NCBI GenBank assembly: GCA_013239625.1
Contig: MU054323.1
Coordinates: forward strand, 4,814,214 to 4,878,213
From: Lama guanicoe
Lineage: Eukaryota
Direction: 5' to 3'
Length of the DNA: 64,000 bases
Shown here: in pieces, positions 39,861 to 56,283 of the stretch
How the letters are laid out: each line of letters starts with the position of its first letter
Position numbering within the stretch: the first letter of the stretch is position 1
Notes under the pieces: generated by a model
Database searches by the model: none
Told to the model about the DNA's origin: nothing
Seen by the model: the letters and a program-made list of their open reading frames with translations, nothing else
Translations under genes and position numbers: made by a program

Positions 39861-41460
39861 AACGTTTCTAAATACCACTAACTAAAAGTCAAGACACTAG
39901 AATTCGTCTGCCATTAGAATCCCAAGTTACGATTTTTAGAAAATTCCCATTTTAAGGCTTGATTGCATCAGCTGTCAAAGAACGAAGGTCAGCTACACGA
40001 GACTTTAAGATTTGCTTTCCATGACATCAACCTCGTCATCAGAATCAGCGTACTTATTTTATTTACAATGAGTTTTATTTTTAGGGCTTACCACTTTTAT
40101 TCTATGGGGTAACTTACCAAAGTGAGCCTCATTATGTCAATTATAAAATAAGACCACAACCTACACATACTACCTATATACACGGTACCTATATACTAAG
40201 AAGTTGTAATACTTGAGAAGGTGAATAGAAAATTTATTTGGCGCTAGTCCAGAATTGCATACAACCAAGCTGATGTTATTAGAATGATCATTATGTGGCA
40301 AAAACAGTGACATGGTAGTGAAAGTTGCTCCTTTCTTCTGAAAAACACACAAAAACCATTTCTGTTCCAGAAACTTAATTCTACCTGTCCTATCATTTTG
40401 TAAAAGTCTTTGAATAATCTTATGTTGTTTCTAACTCAACATTTCATGATCTCTCCTTCCCTCGGCAGCTAATTAAATCAGTGATAGCACTCTTCAATTC
40501 CTACTATAGCAATTAGGAATTTCTATTTCTTCTCAACTTGTTCCCTCACATAATTGCAGTTTCTTTTTCTAGAGTTTCGAAGAAGCAAGACTGAATGAAC
40601 TTAATGACTGACTTTCAGAGCCTCAAACAGGACTGACTTCTCAAGACTTTGGCCAAGTGGTATCCATCCGAATGGAAGATGGTTTGACTGGTCAAAAATG
40701 AGCTACACAGTGTTCTAATGTGGCATTCGATGAATCCACTCCCATGCTTCTGAATTTCTGCCATCTACTTTAAAAAGAAATTGAACCTACGAAGCATGAT
40801 TTCTTACTTTTCATCCAGAGAGGATTAGTGGAGAGAAAATTAAGTTCCCTCATCTAAGTAAGTACCTCAGGGAACTAGTCACCTATCAATGTATAGAAGA
40901 GTTTCAGCCTGTAACTTACCCAATTTCATTAGCATTAATGGGAGTTTTGTATGAAATCCTCTGTGAATCATTGCTTTAAATCTGTAAGAGTTTGTTGATT
41001 ACTTTTATTTCAGTAATGGCTCTGTTCTCCAGCTTCAAGTTTTCACTTGTTAGGCTTGCAATAGATGCTAAATTTTGGAAGGAATCAGACTTGGACTTTT
41101 GAAGGTAATTAAATCAGAGCAGCATCTCATAGAATCATTCACCACAGTGAGTGTGAGATGCTGTTACGTGTTAGGTTCCCAGGTGTTCTACTCGGCATGT
41201 TGTCTATAGTGTGTGAAGACTTAAATTTAAGTTTTTAGCTTTCACCTAATTATGCTTTATTGCTATGCACTCGTTTATGAGTATTCTTACTAAGCCCCCC
41301 TTTTTTCCCTTGTTGCCATGGACTCTACACCCACTTAGATGATCCGTCAAGCATTCTGCCTTCCCTCTTCCTCAGCTTCATAATTTTCAGTGACTTTTAC
41401 ATAGCATGAAAAGAGAATTTGTGTGCAAACTTGGACAGTTTTGAAAATGAAAGGGGTACT

Positions 41461-44583
<3,123 letters not shown>

Positions 44584-44739
44584 GACTGAAAGGGGAACCA
44601 TTAATGATTCTGTAAGGACAACATGCATAAAATGAGTCCCATTACCTCTAACTCCAGTCTGGTGATAAACCCACTCACCCTGGCACACCCCTGGATCTTA
44701 AATGCTGGGAAAGTTTCACTTATAAAAATACAAACGCCC

Positions 44740-46030
44740 TAGTGTTTTAATACAACTTCCTACCCTCCGAGTTCTCCAGTTCGTTTCACTCCCAACCTGC
44801 CTTTCACCCAGCCAAATTCTCCGTGCCTCTATCCTTCCTACTTCCTCATTTTTTATCTATATCATATTCTGCTCTGCCCCTGTCCTTCTCAATTTTGAAC
44901 GGACTTCAAGTCGACCCACTCTCCAGTATCCTCCTTTCACCTGGTCTGTTGTCATTCTCTCGCATCCACCTTACAGAACACTAATTCTGGGCCACACCTG
45001 CTGTCATCCTTCCTTAATCAAGTGCCAGGCTAGGTGCACTGTTCAGAGAAACATGAGAGCCTCACAAAGGGCTGTTCCTTGAAATATATTTTCACTGGCA
45101 TGAAAATGGGCACCCAAGGCCATCTGGGAACCTTGTTTTCTCACCATCACTGCACTGGTTATTTCAACACCATCTCCCTCGAGACTCCCACCCACCAACT
45201 CTGTAATCTGTGTGGAGCTAGTCACTCTATCTCTTATTTCAGAGAAAATAAATGCCATTAAAATTGGAAATCTGTCAACACCACTCTCATAAGGGTAAAT
45301 GAACCTGTACCCATATTTTTGTCTCTTATGTTCACCACAGTGTAAGAGAGACCTTCCCCCTTTGCAAGATAAATTCATTCACCTGCGTTCTGGGATCTGT
45401 AGCCTTCTACTTTCCCAGACCTTGATTGTACCCTCTCTCTGCAGTGCCTTCAAAGAAAACAATTAGCTAACTTGGGGTGAGAGTATGCTGACACACATTT
45501 ACCGATGAAAAGACTGAGACCAGGAGAAACATCCAAAGTCATGCTGCTTGAAAATGGAAGGGCTAGACGGGAGACTGAAATGTGTGACACCTTCGATAGG
45601 GGAATTATTTGCTACCGTACATTGATTGCATCCCATGTCATTTAAACATCCTCAGCTCTTTCTCATCCTAAATCGAATTCCATGACATAATCTTGGAATC
45701 GGTGTCTACTCCTCATGTCTCTTAACTTCCGTATCTCCCATTCACTCATCCACTCGCAGCAATCTGGCTTTCCCCGACCAGGTTCCCGACAGCTCACGTT
45801 TGCTATCATTTCTGTGATCTCCCTGCTGTCAAGCCCACTTCTTCGTTCTGAGTCTTACTTAATATTTGATGTTTTTAATCACTCCATGTTCTTTCACTGA
45901 GTTCTGTGACACCAAATTTTTTATGGCTTTCCTTCCACCTCTCTGGCTTCTCTTTCTTGATTTTCTTCATAATCCTGTTTTCTTAAATGGTTCTCAATAA
46001 TTGATTGTCAATAGGATTTAGTCCTTGGCC
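44740..46030 (+). mobile_element. LINE-2 fragments, with a probable MIR piece at ~45460-45620
   Basis: Pyrimidine-rich L2 sense sequence: CACTCGCAGCAATCTGGCTTTCCCC, GTTCTGTGACACCA...TTCCTTCCACCTCTCTGGC, GGATTTAGTCCTTGGCC. Confidence 0.6.
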
Positions 46031-48229
46031 ACCGCATCTGTTATGATGACCTGGATGGATACCTGTTTGCTGAGCTTCCCAGAAACGCAAGGAAAGTCTG
46101 CTTGAACCCCTGTTCTGCACCATCTCCTCCACCCTCTCACATGCACCTATAGTTTTAGAGTTTCCTCTTTTAATACCTCATACAGGCAGTGCAACTCTTT
46201 GATGACTATTTGGCGCTATAGCTGAGAAAGTATTTGGTGGCCACAGCCTTAAATGTGACGGTTGCTGGCCTTTTGGTTCCTCAGTCCATAGCTGGGATTT
46301 CTTACACTCACTTCCAATGCAGCGATAAACAGACTTTCATTCCCATCATTTTACCTCTTTATCGTCTCCCTTTACTGTTACTAGTGCCAGGATGAAGGCC
46401 ATTGTCATCTGAGCTGTGTTCCGCATTAGACACTGCAGATGTCCAGGTAATACTTTAAGTTCTTGAAAACGTTTGCCAGTTTGTGGGTTGCAGGATACAA
46501 TGACAGTTCCCAATTTTACAGAAACTATAAAGTAGGACTTATAAATAATAACCTTCACAGTTTCCTGAGTTAAGACTGGGGTCTGTGGATCCTTTAACTT
46601 GCAGATCACCTGTCTGCATTCCTGACCCTTCTCCACTTTGGAGATGCAGACATCAGTGGCTCTGCACCACAGCTATTCTCACCGGTAAACCAGCAATGAG
46701 TGGCGTTAACGTACGAGGTTTCACCAGTTTACTCTGGGAACAGACCTGGTTTCATGGCCAGCATGAACCCGTTGACTGGCAAACGGAAAACAGGTATGCA
46801 CCCTGCAGGGCTGTAACCTTAGCAAATTTTGCTGCCAAGTTCCTGAATTCATCTTATCTAAAGGTAATTAGCATATTCAGTGGAGAAAGAGTCTCGGATA
46901 GAAAGGACTTCTGTTTAATTAGATTTCTTTGCCCTTTATTTGCCCACCCAAGGCACTATTTCAGTCACCACAGGACAGAGGAAAGTGACCAAGGAAGAAA
47001 GGAGATGTTAGTTGAAATTCAAGAGGAAAATACAGGCTAAGTCTTAAAAGTCCTAGCGTCCCAGGCGGTCTCACACAGACCTTCATGGGTATCTTTATTA
47101 CTGCAGAGCACTATGAACTTTTCAGTATCCTTTTAGAGAGTAAGAGCTTCAGGGAAAAAAAGGGACATTTCTTTATTAGTCTAAATAAACTACAGTGTCC
47201 AGCGCTGTGCCTAACCCAGAGTATTCAATAAATGCTAGTATTATAGATTTCCCTGAATAAACCTTTGCAACTAACGAGAAAGCCTCAGTGGAGTATTTGT
47301 CTTCTCAGGAAATAATAGCAACAATTTAAACCATATTCCATTAAAGGCCGGAGTTTTTATTGTGACCTCTGGATGAATTTGCACATGAAACTTTTCACAT
47401 GATGGTAATATCCTACTAAAATGTTAATCCCATTGGCTCCATTCGTTACAAAAATGTTTGTGAAAGAAGCAGGGAAAGTAAAATACAGGTCAGGTCCACA
47501 ATAGTGCCTTTATATCACACACAGCAAAGTATAAATTTTTGGATTAGACTAAGCCACCATACACCACTTACCCTTACACACCAGTTTCAGCCCCACAGTT
47601 AAGTCAGACATAAGATAGGTCATGATAATTCATAGCACAAATTCCCCAGTTTCTCTGTCTTTTCTTGCTCTCAAGATTTATAGATGTGTATACATATGCA
47701 AACACAGATGCATGTATACATTTATATGCTTTATATACATAGATATATATGATTATATATGGATATATGCAAAGAATATTATGGGGGATGTAAAACATCA
47801 CCTTGAAAATAAATTTCAATTTGGAAATATGCCTCAAAGTTGCCCTCAAATATTCATACATTTTTATCCAAGAATCCTATATCCGATAATGAATCCTATA
47901 GTTATTGAGAAATGCAGGAAATATTGTATGCAATAGAAAAAAATGGATAAATATAACTTAATAACCACCTACTGTTTAATTAAATATAATATACTCATAT
48001 TGTAAATATTATTTGTCCTTCCTAGAGATCAGATTTCAAAAAAACATTAAATAATTCAATAAAACACCCATAAGGTAATTTGGTGAAAAAAGCAGCATAT
48101 ATAACTGTTACATGTATAATTGCAATGGTGATGCCCTAGGCATTACATGTATTTTATTTTTTCCTACCTTTTACACTTTTTCTTTGCTAAAAGGTGTTTT
48201 ATTTTTATGGTCATAAAAGATTAAGGGAT

Positions 48230-48570
48230 GTTAAAGGAAGATTTTCTAATAGTTAAAATTAGAAACAGCCAATAGAATGGGATCTAGTAGAGTTTAATGT
48301 AAATGTCTATGCTTAGAAATAAATATCTGAGGAGACAACAAATTAATTAATATTCATGATCTTAAGGACTCAAGATCAGTTTTTGGCAACAGTTTGCAAT
48401 GTCTCTCTGTAAGGAAAATGCAGTCTGTGAATTATTGTAATATGTCTATTAGGAAAATTGAAAGTGAAGATTCTGCTATACTTTGACTTGGTCTGGCCAT
48501 ATTTGGAGTCGGGTGTTCAGTTCCAAGAACCACATTAAAGAGGGTCAATGACCCATACGCTAGAATGACT
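48230..48570 (+). mobile_element. CR1/L3 LINE fragment
   Basis: ATTCTGCTATACTTTGACTTGGTCTGGCCATATTTGGAGTCGGGTGTTCAGTTC matches the CR1 motif LY.ALVRPHLEYCVQFW. Confidence 0.62.
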
Positions 48571-49351
48571 AGAATTACAAATGGCTTCCACGTGGAGTAA
48601 ACTCATCCGGGGTAGCAGCGTTAGAAGGGTCATCTGTTTGGGGTAAATATAAAGGCATATTTCTCAAGACTAGAACTATAGCAAAAAGAAACCAGTTTTC
48701 TCGTGACATCATTTTCTTGCTCTCACAAAAGCTAATGGGAGGGTGTCTGAGTGGCCCCTTTGACAAGAACCCTAGTCCACAAATAAAGCAAATTAGCTCC
48801 ACCCACCATTCCTCTGAATCTGCGGAATCCTGAGATCTGTAAGGTAAAACAAAATCTGGGTGTTTTCAGGGTAAAGACACTTTCTTCATTATGAGGATTC
48901 CTTCCCCATTAATAAAACACGGAAAAGTATCAAAGAAAAGGAGATGAGTCTGAATCACAGAACGACTTCTGTAATGCAGCATGTTCTAAGACTCCTCAAA
49001 CAGATGTACCTACCAAGTTTGCCAAATTATCTTACAATAATATTATAAAATATTTTTTTCTCATTTAAAAAGCTTGTGGCTATCAACCTAAGAAAATCCT
49101 GTCGGAATGTATGTGTTCAAACCTGTCTTCAAACTACTTAATATGTCGATAATTACTTACGAGTCTATTTAATGTCTGGTTTTGAATTGCTTTTCCTGTG
49201 ATTCACAAAAAAAATAGTACAAGTATGCCAGATGGCAGTGCATAAGATGAGAATAATTTAATGCTTTTGCTTAACAAAGTACTGTAACTCGGCTTACTGT
49301 GAGAAGCGGAATTATTTTTAGGATGTCAGCCTTCACATTTAAACGTATGTT

Positions 49352-49388
49352 TGTGTGTGTGTGTGTGTGTGTGTGTCTGTGTGTGTGT
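49352..49388. repeat. (TG)n microsatellite
   Basis: Seen directly. Confidence 0.9.
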
Positions 49389-52300
49389 ATGCATAGACAT
49401 ATACATACAGCATAATATATAAATGAACTATTCACATCTGTACCTTGTTTAATTAGTGCATTTTGTGTATTCATCAACACAACTTCAATGGGCATGTACT
49501 TTGCAGTGAATTTTCTTTTTGATATGTTTATTCATTACACGATAGGGGTGAAAAGTTGGGTCTGACAAAAAAGAATAAAAAGTACCTGCGTTAAGACCCT
49601 CATTCACTAAATGCAATACGACTGTTAACCAAAGTCAAGACAGTAAGTTCTGCATGGCAACCATATTCATTCAAACATTTCTTTTGAAACTATGTGGACT
49701 GCACAGTTATAAAGCACATTACTAAGAAAGTGAAACCATGGAAGTGCTAGGTAATTAATTATAAGTTTACGCAACACACTATACAATTTTGCTTAATCTT
49801 GATCAGTCATGGACTTAAGGTAATAGATACAGTTTTAATAAAATAAATGGTAAACTACTTAAAAGATTGGGCAAAAACAAGTATCCTAATTAATAATCTG
49901 TTTTCTGTTATTTTCTGTCACAAATTTTAGCCAACATCTTATATTGAGCTGTACTATAACCATATCTATTTAACTTTCAGCTGAGAGTAGAAAAATGTCT
50001 TCAAAGTCACCTGTACTTCCAATGCATTGCCAAATCCTGTCTTCTGATTTCTCATTTCATAAAAATAATTTCAGAAAGTTATCTTCCCTTTAATGCTTCT
50101 CCACAAAACCTGCCCCTTATCTCTGCACAATCACAGATCTCATCTAAAATTGTGAAAACTGAAGTTATCTTCCTTGCATTTCATGTCAAACAAATTAACC
50201 TATCCTCTTTTATTTTCATCTCTTTCCAATTGCCTTAACTTCTTGCTGCCAGTTGGTTCTTGCTGCCAGTTGATGAACATCTGCCATTCCAAACCATACC
50301 AAGTCATTTTGCTTTCCTTGGATCTTTCTTCTGTTCATATTCAAGTATTTTTTTAATTACTAAAAAAGTCTTGATGCTTGTAAATACTAGGTAAACCTCA
50401 AAGGCATCTGTTATTTTCAGAGTCTCTTTATCTTCCAAAGGACAGCCTTTCTATTTTTGCCTTAAGCTAGTATGTCCTTTTTTGAAGTTTCATAGAGCTG
50501 CCTCTTCCAGTGAACCCTTCATAACTCAACTCTTCCTTCCTTTTTATCATAAACACATTGTACACCATCTTTGGAGTCTCACTCAACAATGAGCAGCTAA
50601 TAAGCAAGTTAATTTCCCAATATTTATGCCAGGGTTGGATGGAGAACCAAAATAATGTATGTTGATATTTTTGATTTACTGAATCAATGGCTCTATAATA
50701 ATCGGGTACTAAATGGGGCTTAATCTATCCAAGTGAACCAAAAACAATGATGAGGACATCTGTACAAGCCTGAGAGGTCCGCAAAATGCTCGGGATAAAA
50801 TGACAGCACAACCTGCCTTCTTAGCTACCCTTGAATCCCTGGGATTCTGGAGTCACAATAGAAACAGCAGGGGTACAGATACCTACTTGGCATTTTAAGT
50901 CACAGTGCCGGTCTGTCATCATCCTGTAAGTAATACATAAGCCCTGTCTGCAGCTGCAAAAGGACTCCTGTCTTCTGACCCAATTCATTTATTTGAAAGG
51001 AAAACATCCTCACTCTTCACCATTCCCAGGTATGGTGGCTGCCTTCTCTACAATTAATTAGGCTCCATTTGTTTACATACTATTAAGGAGTATTTCAGGA
51101 ACTGATCTCTTCAAGTTGCCAAGAAAACACACATTGTTTTCAGTTTCTTAAAACATAATTAATCTGTAGACTGCTGGGCTAGGTTAATTCAATTGACTTT
51201 TTTTTCTTGCCCCCTCCCCAGTTTGTCACTTGACAGCTTGAAACTGGGCCTGGAAAAGCTCATTTGCATTCCGGCGGCAAGGCTGGAGAGTAAACCGAGC
51301 AAACGTGTGGATTTGTGTACCTCGGTATATGACTGTGCTTGCTTCAATCAAGACTTATTTTCAGTATCGTGGCCAACAAAAGCATTAAACGAGTCTTCTC
51401 AGACATGAGTGATAAGCTGTGGAACGTATTCCTTTAAAGGATTTTTTTTTCCTGTGATGCTTACGGAATGCAATAAAAAAAATAGAAGCAAGAATGCAGA
51501 TCTCACTAGAAATTCACAATGCTGCCTTGCCATCTGAACTCTTTCTTCTTGTTTCCTGACACATTAAGTACCTTCATTATAGTTTAGGTTGTACCTGATT
51601 ATAAGTTTAAAAGGTTACAGTTATATTTCAAAAGGAATTATTTTTTTTTTAAATCAGTATTTCACACTGAACTTTAAAGTCTGCCTTCTCAACCCAAGAC
51701 TGTCATTTCACACACTGATCTCTTTTGGGAGCTGATTCTGGTATTGGCTTCTTAGAATGAAAAAACACCTAAAGTCTATTTTTTCAGGCACTGGTATTTT
51801 TTCTACATATTCTCTTCTGGATATTTTTCCTAATTCTTCCCTTATGAAATTACTTGGTACATTTTTATTTAAAGTATTTCTTCTTTAACTATTCCCCTTC
51901 CCAGGAGCCAAACATTTAGGCAAAGCCAATTATTTTTCTCACTGTAAACTCACATGCTTTGATCTACAAAATAGAAATGTGTACGTGTGTATATGTGTTT
52001 GTGTGCGTGTGTGACAGAGAGAGAGACAGAAATATCTGTGTGTTAATGGACAAGTACAGGTGAAAGAGAAAAAAATCACCTTCCTCATGTTCTGTGTAAT
52101 GCTTCAGTGTAGTGTTAATGACAGAGATGATGTTCTCTGTCATTTCAGTCAACACATTCTTCTTTTCACATCCTAATCTCCTTCATCTGAAAGAGAAATA
52201 TATTTTTAGCCAACTCTCTGGGACCAAGTCATTGATTTATGAATATATGGTGAAGGACTTCATGAATTTTTTCCTGACCTCCATCTGTCATTTCCTCAGT

Positions 52301-52771
52301 CATATCTATTTTAAGAAATATAAAACAAATTGTCCTAATGGGGCACATTATCACCTTGATCTATCACACAGGAAGAACACCAGCTTCTTATCACACCTGT
52401 GCAAAAAAAAAAAAAATAGCTTTACACAATCCTAAGCTGATTTTCTCTCTATTCTTTATTATTTTATACTGATGATGATATTCATTACTCAAATGCTAAT
52501 TCATTCTGAATATGCTCACAAGAGATTGGACTGAGTAACTTCAAATCTTTTGCAGATAAGGACAAACAACCAGAAAACAATTGTTCCTGCATCTGAGAAT
52601 TCTGGGGACATTAATTCACCAAAGCTGCCCGCAGATCATTACAATGACTCCTGACATTTCTTTTCGGCAATAGGAGTTCACATTCCAACAACACTATTAT
52701 TTATGTCTTGGAGAGACATCACATCCATTTTGCCTCAAGTCTCATCCAAAATATGCATAAAAAAAAACTGC

Positions 52772-53520
52772 TTACACCACTAATCATTAGGGAAATGCAA
52801 ACAGAAACTATAAGATACTGCCTCACACCCATCACAATGTCTGCTACTAAAAATCTAGAAAATAACAAGTGCTGGTGAAGATGTGGGGAAATTGGGTAGT
52901 GTTGGTGGGATTGTAAAATGGCGCAGCCACTATGGAAAACAGCACGGTGGTTCCTCAAAAAATTAAAAGTAAGATTACCATAGGATCCAGCAATTCCATT
53001 TCTAGGTATTTACCCCAAAGAATTGAAAGTAGAATCTCCCTAAGATATCTGTACACCCATGTTCACAGCAGCATTATTCATAATAGCTAAAATGTGGGAG
53101 CAACCCAAGTTTTCACTGATAGAGAAATGGCTAAGCACATGTGGTATGTACCCATGATGGAATATTATTTAGCCTTGAAAAGGAAGAACATTTGGCAACA
53201 TGGTACAACATAGACAAGCTTTGAGAACATCATGCTGAGTGAAATGAGTCAGTCACACACACAGACACACACATACACACACAAACAGAGATAGAAAGTA
53301 GAATGATGTTTTCCGGGGGATGAGGGGAAAGGGGCAAAAAATAACAGGGCTGTTGTTTAATGGACAAAAAGTTGCCATTTTACAAGATAAAATGAGTTTC
53401 GGAGATGGATGGTGGTGATAGTAACATACAAGAACATATTTAACACCACTGAACTATACTTAAAAGTGGTTAAGATGAGAAATTTTATGTTTGTGTATTT
53501 TACCATAGGGGAAAAAATAG
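52772..53520 (+). mobile_element. L1MB-like 3' fragment
   Basis: CACTAATCATTAGGGAAATGCAAA...GATCCAGCAATTCCATTTCTAGGTAT...GATGGATGGTGGTGATAG...AAAAGTGGTTAAGATG. Confidence 0.88.
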
Positions 53521-53687
53521 AAAAAAAAATACAACCACTTAGTTGTTAAAAGAAATATAATTTGATAGAAACCAAAAAATTGAGCTTTTGATGCATATTT
53601 GGATGAAACTCCATGTAGTCTCATTTTATAGCAGTTTGTAAACTACACAGAGAAATTATATTCACATAGACACATTCTGTCACTCCA

Positions 53688-53725
<38 letters not shown>
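53688..53725. repeat. (CA)n microsatellite
   Basis: Seen directly. Confidence 0.92.
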
Positions 53726-53728
<3 letters not shown>

Positions 53729-54785
53729 ATGTACTACAAAGTCTAGGTGGAAATAAAATACCAGGATATGAGTAGTGACAATTTATTATTTTGGTTAGAT
53801 GCAGAGTGGGCATAAGCCAATGTATTTTAAAAGAACAAATTACAAGTTGACAAGTGAATCGTATCCATTTCGGGAAAAGATACAAGATGCTTTATGCAGA
53901 CTGATGTTAAGGTAATACATTTCCCTTATAAGGGATTGTGAGTTTTCCTGGGTGGCCTCGGAATCCCTGATAATAGACCTCATAATGGGAGACTATCACC
54001 TTGATTTACGTGCAAAGATTTGGAGCTCTCCTTAGGGGTCAGTATTTTCACTTCGGCAAAAACAAATAACAGTTGATGAAAGGGACCTGATTTAAATGAA
54101 GCTTGCTAATAAAGCCAGCAACTAGAGTTTCATGAATAAAATCAAGATGTACAGATAATTACTTCTCTTGGCTTTGATCACAGTTGAGCATTTTGTCTTA
54201 TTCTGACTCCTACGTTTTAAGAACACTGACAAAGTAAAATTTTGTTAGAGGAGGGTGATCTGGAGGATGAAATATCTAGAATTCAAATTAGAAGTGAGAA
54301 CTATTTAGCTTGAATACATAGGAAAGCCACTGTATAGTTTTACACATCTGAGGCACCACTATGAAGGAAAAAAAAAAAAGCACTGTTTTATACTGTGTAG
54401 CTTTACATAATAAAATTAGGTCAAAGGGGATAAAGTTGCAATATGTTAGGTTTTTATCTCATTTAAAGAAAAGTTTTGTAACAATTATTGCTGTCCAACC
54501 ACATTGTGTGACTGAAGCACTGTTTGCTTCATCTCTGGGAGAATTTAAGTGGACGATTCATCTGTGAAGAGTCACAGGGAATTAATTCTGCAGTGACCGA
54601 AGTTGGAACGTGAGACCTTAGATCTATTACTGGCCCCAAGATTAAAAATTTTAGTAAATAAGACAACTTGGAAATTTGCAATTATCCCTTTGAAAAACTC
54701 TTATACTCAGGAATATATCTGGATGAGCCAATCTACTCATCTCACTTTTAATATTAAAGAATAAACAGGTGATTTAAAGGACATT

Positions 54786-55034
54786 GGGGGAAGGAGGAAG
54801 CTAGGGATAAATTTGGGAGTTTGAGATCTGCAAATAATAACCACTTTATATAATAATAGATAAAAAACAAATTTCTTCTGTATAGCACAGGAAACTATTT
54901 TCGATACCTCATAATAACCTTTAATGAAAATTAATATATGTGTATATAGACATATATGCATGCCTGGGACATTATGCTGTGTACTGGAAATTGACACATT
55001 GGAACTGACTATTCTTCAATAAAAAAAATAAAAC
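54786..55034 (+). mobile_element. Short lineage-specific L1 3' end with TSD
   Basis: GGGATAAATTTGGGAGTTTGAGATCTGC...CTTCAATAAAAAAA; TSD AAAGGACATT (54776-54785) and AAAGGCCATT (55035-55044). Confidence 0.88.
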
Positions 55035-55189
55035 AAAGGCCATTCAAAAGTTGTAATGATCATTAGAGTGAGCCCATGCCATTGTATGACAGAACTGAAC
55101 TTAATTTTTAAGTAAGTTGGGAGAAACATGACAGGCTTGTTACTATGTTGAATCATTATGTTGAGTGTTAAAGTTAACAGAAAAGTAAT

Positions 55190-56280
55190 AATGACCTGGT
55201 TAGCTATGACACTAAAAGCATGAACAACAACAACAACAAAAACCCCCCAAAGAAATAGATAAATTAGACCTCATTAAAATAAAATGTATGTGCATCAAAA
55301 AACATCCAGAAAGTGAAAGGACAATTTACAAAATAGGATAAAATACTGGCAAAGCGTATATCTGATTAAGGTCTAGTATCCAGAATATGTAAAGAATGCT
55401 TACAACTCAAAAACAAAAAGATTATTAAATTTAAAAAATGGGTTAAGGACTAGAACTGATATTTGTCCAAAGAAGATATTCGGACACTCAATAAGCACAT
55501 GAAAAGATGCGCAACATCACTAGTCATTAAGGGATGCAAATCAAAGCTATAATGAGATACCATTTCATCCCCACTAGGATGGCTAAAATAAGAAAAGGAA
55601 AATAATATGGAAGGGGAGAAAACGAAACCCTTGTGCATTGCTGATAAGAAAATAAAACGGTTTGGCTACTGTGGAAGTTTGTCAGTTCCTTAGAAAGTTA
55701 AAGATAGAATTACCACATGACCTCACAATTCTACTCCTATGTAGAATTATAGACAAAAATATAGACAAAAGAACTGAAAATAGGAACTCAGACAAATACA
55801 CGGATATGCATGTTCACAGCAGCGCCAGTCACAAGAGCCAAAAGGTAGAAAAAGTCCCAGTGTCCATCCGTGAAGGAACAGATAAAGAAAATCTGCTATA
55901 ATCATAAAATGGAATATTATTCAACCATAAAAAATAAATGAGTACTGATATGTGCTACTACATGGATGGACCTCCAATACACAAAGTCACGTACTGCATA
56001 ATTCTATTTCCACGAAATACCCATTGTAGCTAAATCTATAGAGAAGGAACATAGTTTATTCATTGCCAGAAACTGGAGAGAGCAGAAAATCAGGAGAAAT
56101 TGCTTAATGTGTGTAGCGTTTAACTTTGGAGTGATGGAAATGCTTTAAAGCTAAATAGAGGTAATGTTTGCCCAGCATTGTAACATTTAGTACAACGTTG
56201 TACCAGATGCCACTTAGTTGTTCATTTTTAAACAATTTTATGTTTGCTGAATTTCACACGAATGTTATTTTAAAAAAAAA
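55190..56280 (+). mobile_element. L1MB-like ORF2 end and 3'UTR
   Basis: AATAAGCACATGAAAAGATGCGCAACATCACTAGTCATT, ATAGAATTACCACATGACC, A-tail at ~56271. Confidence 0.85.
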
Positions 56281-56283
56281 TTT

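Noticed and set aside
46385..46446. Plus-strand exon-like unit (also isolated sites near 22097, 24876 and 40572)
   Set aside because: Stops in all frames and no coherent chain or promoter; not distinguishable from pseudo-exons.
46585..47040. Longest ORF in the track (151 aa)
   Set aside because: Non-ATG start, no recognisable domain, and length compatible with chance.
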